A stretch of 64,000 nt of DNA, from NCBI GenBank assembly GCA_964354655.1, contig CAYHAL010000004.1, positions 2,841 to 66,840 of the forward strand. Reading direction: 5' to 3'. The translations under genes and the position numbers were made by a program. The DNA comes from an uncultured Dehalococcoidales bacterium (lineage in GTDB: Bacteria > Chloroflexota > Dehalococcoidia > Dehalococcoidales > E44-bin46). Below are positions 19,166 through 28,232 of this stretch, piece by piece. The notes beneath the pieces were generated by a model. That model did no database searches. It worked only from the letters and a program-made list of their open reading frames with translations, and was not told the origin of the DNA. How positions within the stretch are numbered: the first letter of the stretch is position 1; the number at the start of each line of letters is the position of its first letter.

Positions 19166-19178
19166 TGATTAATGCAAA

Positions 19179-19862
19179 TCACTTTCTTAGTCTGTTCTGA
19201 ATTGCCTTGCTCTCCAGTTCTCTTAGGGAGTCAGAGGAAATCCAGCGGGCAGCCTTTGAATCTATTTGCTGAATTTCCTTGGCTGTATTAATGGCTGCTT
19301 TGTTCAAGTTCAGGTTCCTTTTACCTATATTCCTCAGCGCCCAATTGACGGCCTTCTTAACGAAATTACGTTCATCTGTGGAACCTCGAATTATCACAGG
19401 TAACAGTTCAGTGAATTCCTCATCTTTCGCCTTTTTGTCATGCCATGCAAGACAAGCTATTAGAGCAAAAGCAGCCCTCTTTACATATTCCTCTTCCCGC
19501 TCCGACCAAGCGATAATCTTCTTCCAAGCCAGAGGAACTTTTTCAAAAAGATTCATACATACTTGGTCACAAACGTCCCAAGAGTTGAAGTCCGTAACCC
19601 AAGCTTCCATCTGCTCTTCTGTTAGCTGCTTAGGGTTGTCGATCATTGAAGCAAGGATCCTAGCTTCATCTATGCCGGTCTTCCATAAATCTAGAGCGAG
19701 CTTGTGGTTACGCCCAAGTTCTTTGGCTAGGTTTCTCATATTGGGCACTGATACACCTAATCTGTGTTCAATGGCCATCCCATATTTAGCCATCCCTTCC
19801 AACTGATTAGGCCTAGCTAATTCTTTAAGTCTTCCTATTACCTCTTCTACTGTTGTCACCAT
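19179..19862 (-). CDS. DNA alkylation repair protein (AlkD-like HEAT-repeat family)
   Basis: ..GMAKYGM..LGVSVPNMRNLAKELG..DLWKTGIDEARILA..WALRNIGKRN. matches the family pattern. The start is chosen at MVTTVEE (SD gggag); the upstream ATG at 19877 is an alternative. Confidence 0.8.
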   Translation of the reverse strand: MVTTVEEVIGRLKELARPNQLEGMAKYGMAIEHRLGVSVPNMRNLAKELGRNHKLALDLWKTGIDEARILASMIDNPKQLTEEQMEAWVTDFNSWDVCDQVCMNLFEKVPLAWKKIIAWSEREEEYVKRAAFALIACLAWHDKKAKDEEFTELLPVIIRGSTDERNFVKKAVNWALRNIGKRNLNLNKAAINTAKEIQQIDSKAARWISSDSLRELESKAIQNRLRK

Positions 19863-20188
19863 TGACTCCCGCAACATTCATTCAAGATATTATTATAATA
19901 TATTTGGAGGCCATACTGTGCTTCATTCACAAATTACTTAAATTGCACAACCCGACGTTTTGTTACCTCGGAGAGAGGAAGGTTCCTTTTCTTGTAACCA
20001 TAGGGTATTGACAAATCGCGAAAACGGGTATATTCTAGACCTCGTAACTTGCAAGGGCCTGAAAACTAAATACAGCATATGGGAGTGATCCAGAGATGGA
20101 GAAGAGGGTACTGGTGACTGCTAAGTGATTAGCTGTTGATGGTACCCTCTTTAATTTGGGCATTGTCGGGGAATTGGTGGGGGGGGAC

Positions 20189-20335
20189 AATGAACTGTTA
20201 GCCGTAACTGGGCACGTGGGTGACATCTTTAGAGGCACCATCCCGTTCATAGCCATGTTTGTAGTTGCTATGGGCTTGGTGATGGCCTTCCCTCAGATTG
20301 CTTTGTGGCTGCCTAGCATGATGTATACTAAATAG
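20189..20335 (+). pseudogene. TRAP transporter large permease (DctM) C-terminal fragment
   Basis: ..DIFRGTIPFIAMFVVAMGLVMAFPQIALWLPSMMYTK* aligns with the C-terminus of the intact DctM in this window (..EIFRGAIPFLAAEAVVMTLLIVFPQISLWLPGMMYR*). Nothing resembling the rest of the gene lies upstream. Confidence 0.75.
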
Positions 20336-20369
20336 TGTAAGGACAAAATTATTAAGGAGGATGAGCAAA

Positions 20370-21233
20370 ATGAGGCAAATAGCGAAAAAGACTATCCTCG
20401 ACTTTTTGGAAATGAAGCGGAGGGGAGACAAGATGACCTTTCTTACCGCTTACGACTTTCATATAGCGTCCATTCAGGAGCAAATAGGCGTCGATATGAT
20501 ACTGGTCGGGGATTCCGTAGGCATGGCAGTGTATGGCTATTCTGGGGGAACCATACCGGTGACGATGGATCAGATGATTTATCACGCGGAAGCAGTCCGC
20601 CGGGGTGCCCCCAACACATTTATCATTGGCGATATGCCCTTTCTCTCTTACCACGAATCGGCGGCCGACGCGGTGCATAATGCCGGCCGCTTTTATAAGG
20701 AGGCTGGCGTGGATGCCATCAAGCTAGAGGGAGGAAAAAGAGTAACCGCGCAGATACGGGCAATTGTTGATGCGGGGATGGTGGTGATGGGCCACATTGG
20801 GCTGACACCGCAAAGCACGGCAGCGCTCGGAGGCTTTAAAACTCAAGGAAACACCGCCGAGACAGCAATGGCACTGCTCGAGGATGCGAAAGCTGTTCAA
20901 GAGGCAGGTGCCGCTCTTACCTTGGTCGAGGCAGTACCAGCAGAGACGGGTAAGCTGATCACGAAAACCCTTCGTATACCGGTGATTGGCATCGGTGCCG
21001 GAGCTGACTGTGATGGGCAAGCTCAAGTATACACTGATGCGATTGGTCTCTTCGAACTCTTCACACCAAAATTCGTAAAGAAATATGCAAATGTAGCCGA
21101 AGTAATAAGAGAGGCCCTCAAAGAATGGAGTAAGGAGGTTCGTGAAGGTACGTTCCCGGCTTCAGAACATTGCTACAAGATGAAAGCGGGTGAGGCAGAA
21201 AAACTAGAGGAGATGGTAAAGCAGATCCTTTAG
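20370..21233 (+). CDS. panB: 3-methyl-2-oxobutanoate hydroxymethyltransferase (ketopantoate hydroxymethyltransferase), copy 1
   Basis: LTAYD..ILVGDS.GM.VYGY..T.PVTMD..HAEAVRRGA..GDMPF.SY..KLEGG blocks. The start is set at the second ATG (9 nt after SD aaggagg); the ATG at 20361 is an alternative. Confidence 0.9.
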   Translation: MRQIAKKTILDFLEMKRRGDKMTFLTAYDFHIASIQEQIGVDMILVGDSVGMAVYGYSGGTIPVTMDQMIYHAEAVRRGAPNTFIIGDMPFLSYHESAADAVHNAGRFYKEAGVDAIKLEGGKRVTAQIRAIVDAGMVVMGHIGLTPQSTAALGGFKTQGNTAETAMALLEDAKAVQEAGAALTLVEAVPAETGKLITKTLRIPVIGIGAGADCDGQAQVYTDAIGLFELFTPKFVKKYANVAEVIREALKEWSKEVREGTFPASEHCYKMKAGEAEKLEEMVKQIL

Positions 21234-21432
21234 CATCCCTATCCTCGTCTCAACATGAGATTATTTACAGTTGATGACCATTATTGGAGGTCCTGGCCAG
21301 AAGTAGATTAAGCGTATGTATCGTGATGAACCCTTAGTCTGCAAGAATGAGAGTAAGAAAGGAGGCGGATCAAGAGGGACAAAATATGTAATTGATTTTC
21401 AGAATCAAAAATATAAAGAAGGGGGAAGAAAA

Positions 21433-22074
21433 ATGAAAAAAATTGATGTCAAAAAAACAGCCATATTAGTATTGCACACTCAGAACGGTATCGTGAAGCC
21501 GGGTAAGTTTGGATATTCCGGGGCACCGGCGCAGGTCCAGAAACATAATCTACTGGAGAAGATACAAAAAGCGCTAGTGGCAAGTAGAGCAGCTGGTGTA
21601 CAGGTTATCTACGTAAATTGGTGCACGAAACCAGGGTACCCAAGGGTAGGTGATCCCATGTTTCAATTTCCCCTGCTTAATGATGCCTACAAAGCCGGCG
21701 TTGACTGTGCGTACACTAATGAAGGTGGTTATAGTAAAAACTACAAGAACCCTGATGAAGTAAAGCCGGTACTATCAAAGGACTACATAGTTGATAACTG
21801 GGGCTGCGATGGTTTTATGTATTCCGATTTAGAATTAATTCTTCGCGCCCGAATGATAACAGATGTAGTTGCAACCGGGGTAGCCACTGATTGGGTGATT
21901 AATAGCACGGTGAGACACGGACAAGAGATAGGTTTTAATATGATAGTCGTCGAGGATTGCTGTCAGTCGTTTGCCGAGGACATGCATCAGCACCAAGTAA
22001 CACGCATACTGCCTCAGATTGCTACTGCGGTTGTTAAGCTAGACGAGTATCTTGCTGCTTTACCCAAAAAGTAA
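21433..22074 (+). CDS. isochorismatase-family cysteine hydrolase
   Basis: 213 aa; TAILVLHTQNG.., ..VATGVATDWVINSTVRHG..VVEDCC pattern of the isochorismatase fold. Start at MKKIDV, with SD gaaggggg upstream. Confidence 0.75.
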   Translation: MKKIDVKKTAILVLHTQNGIVKPGKFGYSGAPAQVQKHNLLEKIQKALVASRAAGVQVIYVNWCTKPGYPRVGDPMFQFPLLNDAYKAGVDCAYTNEGGYSKNYKNPDEVKPVLSKDYIVDNWGCDGFMYSDLELILRARMITDVVATGVATDWVINSTVRHGQEIGFNMIVVEDCCQSFAEDMHQHQVTRILPQIATAVVKLDEYLAALPKK

Positions 22075-22158
22075 AACCAAGTGGGTTATGAAATAGCAAC
22101 ACAGTATTGACAGACTTTGCTACTAGAGGTGCAGCAATTTCTCGTTAGCACGATTTGA

Positions 22159-22476
22159 CTTGCTGATTCATTCTCACTGAAAGACAAGGTAGTCTACGCA
22201 GGCATAGAAGCGGCTGATGACTTTGGGGAGAGGCCCTATATTCAGGGGGAGCAGAAGCTGAGTTTGAGCCTGGCCAGGAATCTCCTTCTTATTAGTGATG
22301 GGGCTAGGTAGATCAGCGACATTGTCGGTGCTGATTACCTCAAAGCCACCTACCAGCTCGACTGGTGGCACTACGAGAAGAAGCTGATGGGTGCCTTACC
22401 CGGTGAGTTGAAGCTCAGGTTATTGAGATATGACCGGAAGGACTGGAAGGCATACTGGCGGTCAAGGATTAACTGA
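22159..22476 (+). pseudogene. ISLre2/UPF0236-like transposase fragment with a Trp-to-stop (TGG to TAG) mutation
   Basis: ..LLLISDGAR*ISDIVGADYLKATYQLDWWHYEKKL.. The DGAxWI and LDxxH blocks of this transposase family are present. TAG at 22309-22311 sits where Trp is expected. The N-terminal two thirds are missing. Confidence 0.45.
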
Positions 22477-22788
22477 CAATCTCGAATCTGAGACAAGTCT
22501 GTAGGAGGAAAGGAAATAGCCCTATAAGGGCTCAAATCTCGTTGGAAAAAGAACACCCACTTGACATGCAGGGAGCAATGTAGTATGTAGTACGTAGTAT
22601 GTTGATACCAAGTTTTTTGAGGTGGGCCAAAAAATTTCACCAACTTTTGAACGCAACCTGGACGAGAACACGCTCTTGACAAATTATGCTATAGTTATAA
22701 TAGAGTTACATGCGTGGCAAATGTAATTTTAAGCGTAGTTTTATTGACGGTAAAGTAGCCTAACAAATGAAGTTGTGAGGTCTATTAT

Positions 22789-23058
22789 ATGGCATATAAG
22801 ATTCGAGAGAATTGCTGTAATCTCTGCGGCTTGTGTGATATAGAGTGTTTAAACCAAGCAATTACTGAGGGCAAGATAAGCTTTGTGATTGACCCTGATA
22901 AGTGCACCGAGTGTGTAGGTAACTACCAATCACCAAAGTGTGCTGAGGTGTGTAACCTAGATTGCCCTGTACCTGATCCCGACCACGTGGAAAGCCACGA
23001 GCAATTGCTTGAAAAGTGGCACCGGTTACACCCAGCTAAAACTCCGATTGTTACTTAA
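22789..23058 (+). CDS. 4Fe-4S dicluster ferredoxin (YfhL-like)
   Basis: CNLCGLCDIEC and CTECVG...C..VC cysteine motifs; 89 aa, directly upstream of the AOR gene. Confidence 0.85.
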   Translation: MAYKIRENCCNLCGLCDIECLNQAITEGKISFVIDPDKCTECVGNYQSPKCAEVCNLDCPVPDPDHVESHEQLLEKWHRLHPAKTPIVT

Positions 23059-23152
23059 AGATTGAGGGGGTGAGATTATGGATAATGGATAGTTGATTGG
23101 TTAATTTAAGTAATGCAAGGTGAGAGGAAAAAGTAAAAAAGGGGGGAAAAGG

Positions 23153-25045
23153 ATGATAAAAGGTGGCTACAGAGGGAAAATATTGCGCGTGGATTTGACC
23201 ACGGGTAGTATCACTGTTGAGGGGTTACCTGACGAAAGCATACTAAGAAAGTATGTGGGCAATTTTGGCTTGGGTCTATGGTATCTGATGAAGGAGTTGC
23301 CTGATGGTGTTGGTCCTTTGGAGCCAGAGAACCCCTTAATTTTCCTGAATGGTCCTCTTGTTGGGACAAGGGTGCCGTGCCCCAATAACTGCACCATCAC
23401 TACATTGAACGCCGATACTGGGTTTACTGCTGGTCGCGCTCACAGCCATGGCTGGTTTGGTCCCTTCCTGGCTATGGCTGGGTATGATGGCATCATATTT
23501 ACCGGCGCCTCGGATAAATGGGTTTATCTCTGGATTGATGATGGTAAAGTTGAGCTCCGGGATGCAGCTAAGTTCGTGGGCTTGGATACTCACGAAACGG
23601 AAGACGCTGTTAAGGAGAACCTCGGCGTTCCTACCGAGGTTGGAGCCGTAGGAGGGGCAAGTGTTGCTGCCATCGGACCGGCGGGCGAACACATATGTGC
23701 TGGGGCGCTGATTGCCAATGACAAGAACCATTCATTTTCCCACTCCGGTGTTGGTGCGGTAATGGGCTCCAAGCGCTTGAAGGCTATAGCGGTTAGGGGA
23801 ACCGGTGAGGTTCCGGTATACGATGCCGAAAAGCTCAAATCAATAACCAGGGAATGGACCAAGAAGGCGACTACGGCAGGGATGTTTCCCATCATTGGTC
23901 AGGCTGGAGTCCCAAGTAGCAACTATAAGGGAGTTATAGGGCTTGTCGGGCTGTCAGCAAAGAACTGGACGGTAAATGTCATCCCCGGCTTCGGTGATGG
24001 CATGACCAAGCATAAGATTACCCCTAAACCATGTTACCGGTGCCCGGTGGCCTGTTCCTATGATGTAGAAGTGGTATCGGGTCCATATAAGGGCTATGTA
24101 GCCTCATTATCCGGTGGTGGAGAGAATCAGGAAGGGGCGTCATCTATTGTTGGCGTTGGTGGCAAAGGCCCTGGCGAGGTATGGTACCTGACAGACCTTA
24201 ATGACCGGCTTGGTTTCGAAACAAGCACCGTGGGCTGTGCCATGGCTGTTGCCTTTGAGGCTTATGAAAAGGGGCTATTGACAAAAGAGGTTACCGATGG
24301 TCTAGAGTTGAAATGGGGGGATGTTAAAGTAGTCGAAACCCTGCTCAGGAAGGTTGCCAACAGAGACGGGTTCGGGGCAATGTTAGCCGAGGGACCAAAG
24401 GTTGCTGCACAGCGTGTTGGCTTACCTAATGCAGCAGTTCACATCAAGGGCTCAGGGATGAACCTCCATGACTGGAGAAGAGCCTGGGGAAACTATTTGG
24501 GGCAAATTGTTAGTGGAGGTTCTGGTTGGCCGGCACCCGGCGCTGATTGCTGGACATCTGAAGCCGATGCTGGTTACCCGGAGAAGCCCGACCCATTAAG
24601 CCCATACGGAAAGGCAAAAGAGGTGGCAAAAACAGGCATTATAAAATTCTGGAATGATTGTATCGGGTGCTGCTGGTTTGGAACCTGGGGCGTTGTTGGC
24701 ATTATGAAACATACCGCAGATGCTATAGCTGACGTCGTCGGCTGGGAGGGCTTCACCGCTGAGGAAGCTTTACTGGTAGGAGAGCGGGTGGTAAGCTTGG
24801 AGAGGATATTTAACATGAAGCACGGGCTAACGGCTGATGATGATATAAAGGTATCACCTCGGCTGACCGAGCCGGCACCAGCCGATGCTGGTCCTGCCGC
24901 TGGTTTAAGTATTGCGCCTTACATTGAAGGCTGGGTGCGAGACTACTACGAGGAGATGGGTTGGGAGCGAAAGACGGGTAGACCGCTGAGGTCAACAATG
25001 AAAAGGTTAGGGCTTGAAGAATTCATAGATGTCGTCTGGGGTTAA
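23153..25045 (+). CDS. aor: aldehyde:ferredoxin oxidoreductase (tungsten/molybdopterin AOR family)
   Basis: N-terminal GYRGKILRVDLTTG.. block and the AOR family organisation over 630 aa, with a ..CYRCPVAC.. Fe-S ligand region. Start at MIKGGY with SD aagggggg. Confidence 0.9.
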   Translation: MIKGGYRGKILRVDLTTGSITVEGLPDESILRKYVGNFGLGLWYLMKELPDGVGPLEPENPLIFLNGPLVGTRVPCPNNCTITTLNADTGFTAGRAHSHGWFGPFLAMAGYDGIIFTGASDKWVYLWIDDGKVELRDAAKFVGLDTHETEDAVKENLGVPTEVGAVGGASVAAIGPAGEHICAGALIANDKNHSFSHSGVGAVMGSKRLKAIAVRGTGEVPVYDAEKLKSITREWTKKATTAGMFPIIGQAGVPSSNYKGVIGLVGLSAKNWTVNVIPGFGDGMTKHKITPKPCYRCPVACSYDVEVVSGPYKGYVASLSGGGENQEGASSIVGVGGKGPGEVWYLTDLNDRLGFETSTVGCAMAVAFEAYEKGLLTKEVTDGLELKWGDVKVVETLLRKVANRDGFGAMLAEGPKVAAQRVGLPNAAVHIKGSGMNLHDWRRAWGNYLGQIVSGGSGWPAPGADCWTSEADAGYPEKPDPLSPYGKAKEVAKTGIIKFWNDCIGCCWFGTWGVVGIMKHTADAIADVVGWEGFTAEEALLVGERVVSLERIFNMKHGLTADDDIKVSPRLTEPAPADAGPAAGLSIAPYIEGWVRDYYEEMGWERKTGRPLRSTMKRLGLEEFIDVVWG

Positions 25046-25150
25046 GTAACCAATTAGCTCCAGGAAAAAGTAAAAAGGGAGGTGGTTGAGATGTTTAGCT
25101 AGTAGAAGGCATTAAAAGGGTTGTTAAGAATCTAAGGAAAGGAGTAAAAA

Positions 25151-26224
25151 ATGAAAAAGATTTTTATACCGTTAATGACGGTAGCCGTGGTAGCTGCCCT
25201 ACTCCTTGGCTGTATGCCAGGAGCGCCAGTAACACCACCAGTAACTCCACCGGAAGAAGAGGTCTATACGTTCGTATACCATTGCCCGTTCCCTCCCAAT
25301 CAGATCCTAGCTGACATCGAGGTATGGTACCTTGACCAGGTTGAGGCGAGGAGTGAAGGCAGGATTAAATTTGACAGGATCTTCGGTGGTACTTTGGGGA
25401 CTCTGTTCGCTCAATCCGAGAACGTAACAGGTCGTGTCTTTGATGTGGGGCAGACAAGCTATGTCTATACTCCCGGGCTATACCCGCTGGGAACTGTGAC
25501 CACCTTGCCTTGCATCGAAGATGTTCCGAGAGTATGGGCTCCTGCCGTCCACGAGCTGATGAAGGACCCGCGATTAGTGGCGGAGTATGAAGCCGTAAAT
25601 CAGAAGTACCTGTTCGTCTGGGCTCTGGAGCCGATGGAGATAATGTCCCACGTACCGATCCATACCTTAGAGGACTTCCAGGGGCTGAGGATTAGGGTTC
25701 ACGGTGGTTCTGCCTTAGCTGCTGAGAAGCTGGGGTGGACCGGGGTAACTGTAGCGTGGGAGGAACTCCCTGTGGCTGCGGCGGAGCATGTCGTTGACGC
25801 TGCCTGCTTCCCTGTCCCCATTACCGGTCGCGACGCCGGCTTGCATACTATCTTCAAGTATTACATTACCCCATTCCCCATCTATCAGTTCCATTTCGCT
25901 ACGACTATGAACCTGGATGCTTGGAATGAGCTACCACCTGACCTTCAGCAGGTGATGCTCGACGTTGCCCCTGACGGAGTAGCGTATGGTCTTGACTACC
26001 TCGACGAGAAGATAGCAGGGGGGTTGCAGGATTTAAGAGATGTGGGTGTCGAATTTATCGACTGGCCAGCTTCAGAGATGGACGAGTTTAGAGCACTGGC
26101 AGGCGCGCCGGTGTGGGAGGATTGGGTTGCTGAGCAGGAGGCTGCCGGTCGCCCCGGACAAGAGATATTAGATGCGTTCCAGGCGCTGCTCGCTCAGTCT
26201 AGGTTAAGTACAGGTTTAAAGTAA
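25151..26224 (+). CDS. dctP: TRAP transporter substrate-binding protein (DctP-type), lipoprotein
   Basis: Signal peptide with lipobox LLLGC. 357 aa, followed by the small and large TRAP permease genes. Confidence 0.8.
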   Translation: MKKIFIPLMTVAVVAALLLGCMPGAPVTPPVTPPEEEVYTFVYHCPFPPNQILADIEVWYLDQVEARSEGRIKFDRIFGGTLGTLFAQSENVTGRVFDVGQTSYVYTPGLYPLGTVTTLPCIEDVPRVWAPAVHELMKDPRLVAEYEAVNQKYLFVWALEPMEIMSHVPIHTLEDFQGLRIRVHGGSALAAEKLGWTGVTVAWEELPVAAAEHVVDAACFPVPITGRDAGLHTIFKYYITPFPIYQFHFATTMNLDAWNELPPDLQQVMLDVAPDGVAYGLDYLDEKIAGGLQDLRDVGVEFIDWPASEMDEFRALAGAPVWEDWVAEQEAAGRPGQEILDAFQALLAQSRLSTGLK

Positions 26225-26312
26225 AGACTGGGCAAGATAGGATTAGGGGGGGTTGTGGGGGAGGGCACCTCACGCCCCCTCTTACTAAATTTAGTTTGGG
26301 AAGAAAACGATA

Positions 26313-26804
26313 TTGGGAAGATTAGGCAGGTTTTCAAACTACCTAGCTAAGGCGGAAGACGGGCTAGCCTTAGGTGCGGCATTTGTTATTGGCTTTATGA
26401 TGGTATACACGGTGGTGGCGGTGGTGACGCGTGCTGCCGGGAGCCCGATAAGGGGTTTCACAGAGTATGTTACCCTGATCTTTGTCTTCGTGGTAATGCT
26501 TACCATTTCCTTTGCCCAGCGCCGGGGGGAGCACCTGGCAATGTCGATTGTGTTTGACCGGCTGTCGCCAAGGGCTCGGCGTCGTGTTCTCTGTGTCCTC
26601 CTTTCGCTGGGGATATTCATCTGTTTTCTCCTCACCTGGTCGAGCCTCCGTATGACCATGTTTGCATATGTGATGGGGGATACACTAGTGGGGGCAATAC
26701 AAGTTAAGACCTGGTGGTCACGGATGGCTATGCCCATTGGCTTGGGCATAACTACCGTGCGGCTCGTCGTCCAGATGGTTCAGACAGTGAGAAGGGAGAT
26801 ATGA
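26313..26804 (+). CDS. dctQ: TRAP transporter small permease (DctQ-type)
   Basis: 163 aa, 4 TM helices, lying between the DctP and DctM genes. Non-ATG (TTG) start as tracked. Confidence 0.8.
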   Translation: MGRLGRFSNYLAKAEDGLALGAAFVIGFMMVYTVVAVVTRAAGSPIRGFTEYVTLIFVFVVMLTISFAQRRGEHLAMSIVFDRLSPRARRRVLCVLLSLGIFICFLLTWSSLRMTMFAYVMGDTLVGAIQVKTWWSRMAMPIGLGITTVRLVVQMVQTVRREI

Positions 26805-26829
26805 TGATTAAGGGGAGAGTTAATAGGAC

Positions 26830-28137
26830 ATGAGCCCATTGACTGTGGGGATTATTCTGATGGGGGTTCTGGCGGCACTGATAGTGCTGAAGTTCCCCAT
26901 CGGTTTTTCCTTTCTCATCGTCGGCTTCTTTGGATTCGCTGCCCTGAGGGGTTTTGACAGCGCTTTTGCCTACCTCGCCAGTAAAGTCTTTTCTGGTACT
27001 GCCTGGTATTTACTCACTGTGGTGCCCCTGTTCGTCCTCATGGGGGAGTTTGCCTTTGCCGCCGGGATTGGCGAAGGCCTTTTCAGGGCAGGGCGGGCTT
27101 GGCTGGGGCAGGTTAGAGGCGGGCTGGTGATGGCTACCACCATGGCTAACGCCGCATTTGGGGCTGCCTGCGGCATGCCCACGGCAGCCGTGGCAGTGTT
27201 TGGTAGGATGGCTCTCCCCGAGATGCTCAAGGCCAAGACCGACCGCTCCCTGGCGGCAGGCACAGTGGCGGCAACGGCAGGGCTGTCGGCGGTAGTCCCT
27301 CCCAGTGTACCCGCCATTATTTATGGCTTCCTCGCCATAGCCCCCATTCACAAGTGCCTTATCGCCGGTCTTTTCCCTGGTTTAGTTACTGCCCTGGTTT
27401 ACGTGGGGATGATATCTATCAGGCTGAGAATCAACCCCACCTTAGCCCCAGTCACCAAAGCCACGGTCACCTGGAGGGAAAGGTTCCGCTCACTTGGAGG
27501 AATCGGGCCAATGTTAGCGATAGTCATACTAGCTATCGGGGGCATTTATGGCGGTATATTTACCCCAACTGAAGCCGGCGCTGTCGGCGCTACCGGTATG
27601 CTCATCATCGGTGTGGCGTTCAGGAGGTTCAACTGGCCCAAACTCCGCGAGGCCCTTCTCATGTCTGCCCGAGACACCAGCGTCATCTTCATTATTATTG
27701 GCGGGATTGTTCTCTTCTCCGGCTTCCTCGCTGTGAGCGGTATCAGTGGGGCAATGACCAATTTTGTCACTGGTCTACCTGTGTCGCCTACCGTGGTTGT
27801 CATCTTCACTGTGTTTATGTATCTCGGCTTGGGTTGCGTTCTTGACCCGTTCTCGATGATGTTCCTGACGGTTCCCTTGCTGGCACCGATTATGAAGACG
27901 CTGGGGGTTGACCTCATCTGGTGGGGTGTGCTGGTGGTGAAGATGGCAACGATTGGTATGATTACTCCCCCGGTGGGTATAAACTGCTATATGCTTAGGA
28001 TTGTGTGCCCCGAATTAGATTTAGGGGAAATCTTTAGAGGCGCTATTCCGTTCTTGGCGGCGGAGGCGGTGGTTATGACTCTGCTGATTGTCTTCCCTCA
28101 GATTAGCCTGTGGCTGCCGGGCATGATGTATCGTTGA
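26830..28137 (+). CDS. dctM: TRAP transporter large permease (DctM-type)
   Basis: 435 aa polytopic membrane protein with typical DctM organisation. Confidence 0.9.
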   Translation: MSPLTVGIILMGVLAALIVLKFPIGFSFLIVGFFGFAALRGFDSAFAYLASKVFSGTAWYLLTVVPLFVLMGEFAFAAGIGEGLFRAGRAWLGQVRGGLVMATTMANAAFGAACGMPTAAVAVFGRMALPEMLKAKTDRSLAAGTVAATAGLSAVVPPSVPAIIYGFLAIAPIHKCLIAGLFPGLVTALVYVGMISIRLRINPTLAPVTKATVTWRERFRSLGGIGPMLAIVILAIGGIYGGIFTPTEAGAVGATGMLIIGVAFRRFNWPKLREALLMSARDTSVIFIIIGGIVLFSGFLAVSGISGAMTNFVTGLPVSPTVVVIFTVFMYLGLGCVLDPFSMMFLTVPLLAPIMKTLGVDLIWWGVLVVKMATIGMITPPVGINCYMLRIVCPELDLGEIFRGAIPFLAAEAVVMTLLIVFPQISLWLPGMMYR

Positions 28138-28232
28138 TGTTTGTTGCTGGCAAAATCCTTAATAAGCCAACGTTGTTTTATTTTTATAAAGGCGGGTTTA
28201 AGGGTAAATAGTAGAGAAGGTGAATATAGCAA

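Noticed and set aside
18843-19172. 109-aa plus-strand ORF.
   Set aside because: It lies antisense to the transposase C-terminal remnant (18992-19165). It has an odd composition, no SD and a non-ATG start.
22174-22682. Minus-strand ORFs 22174-22371 and 22371-22682, and a tandem 7-mer (tgtagta x3, 22578-22602) with TTGACA-like hexamers upstream of the ferredoxin gene.
   Set aside because: The ORFs are antisense to, or flank, the ISLre2-like remnant and show no family signal. The TTGACA (22676) / TATAAT (22696) pair has only a 14-nt spacer, so I do not call a promoter. The 7-mer repeat is too short to interpret.
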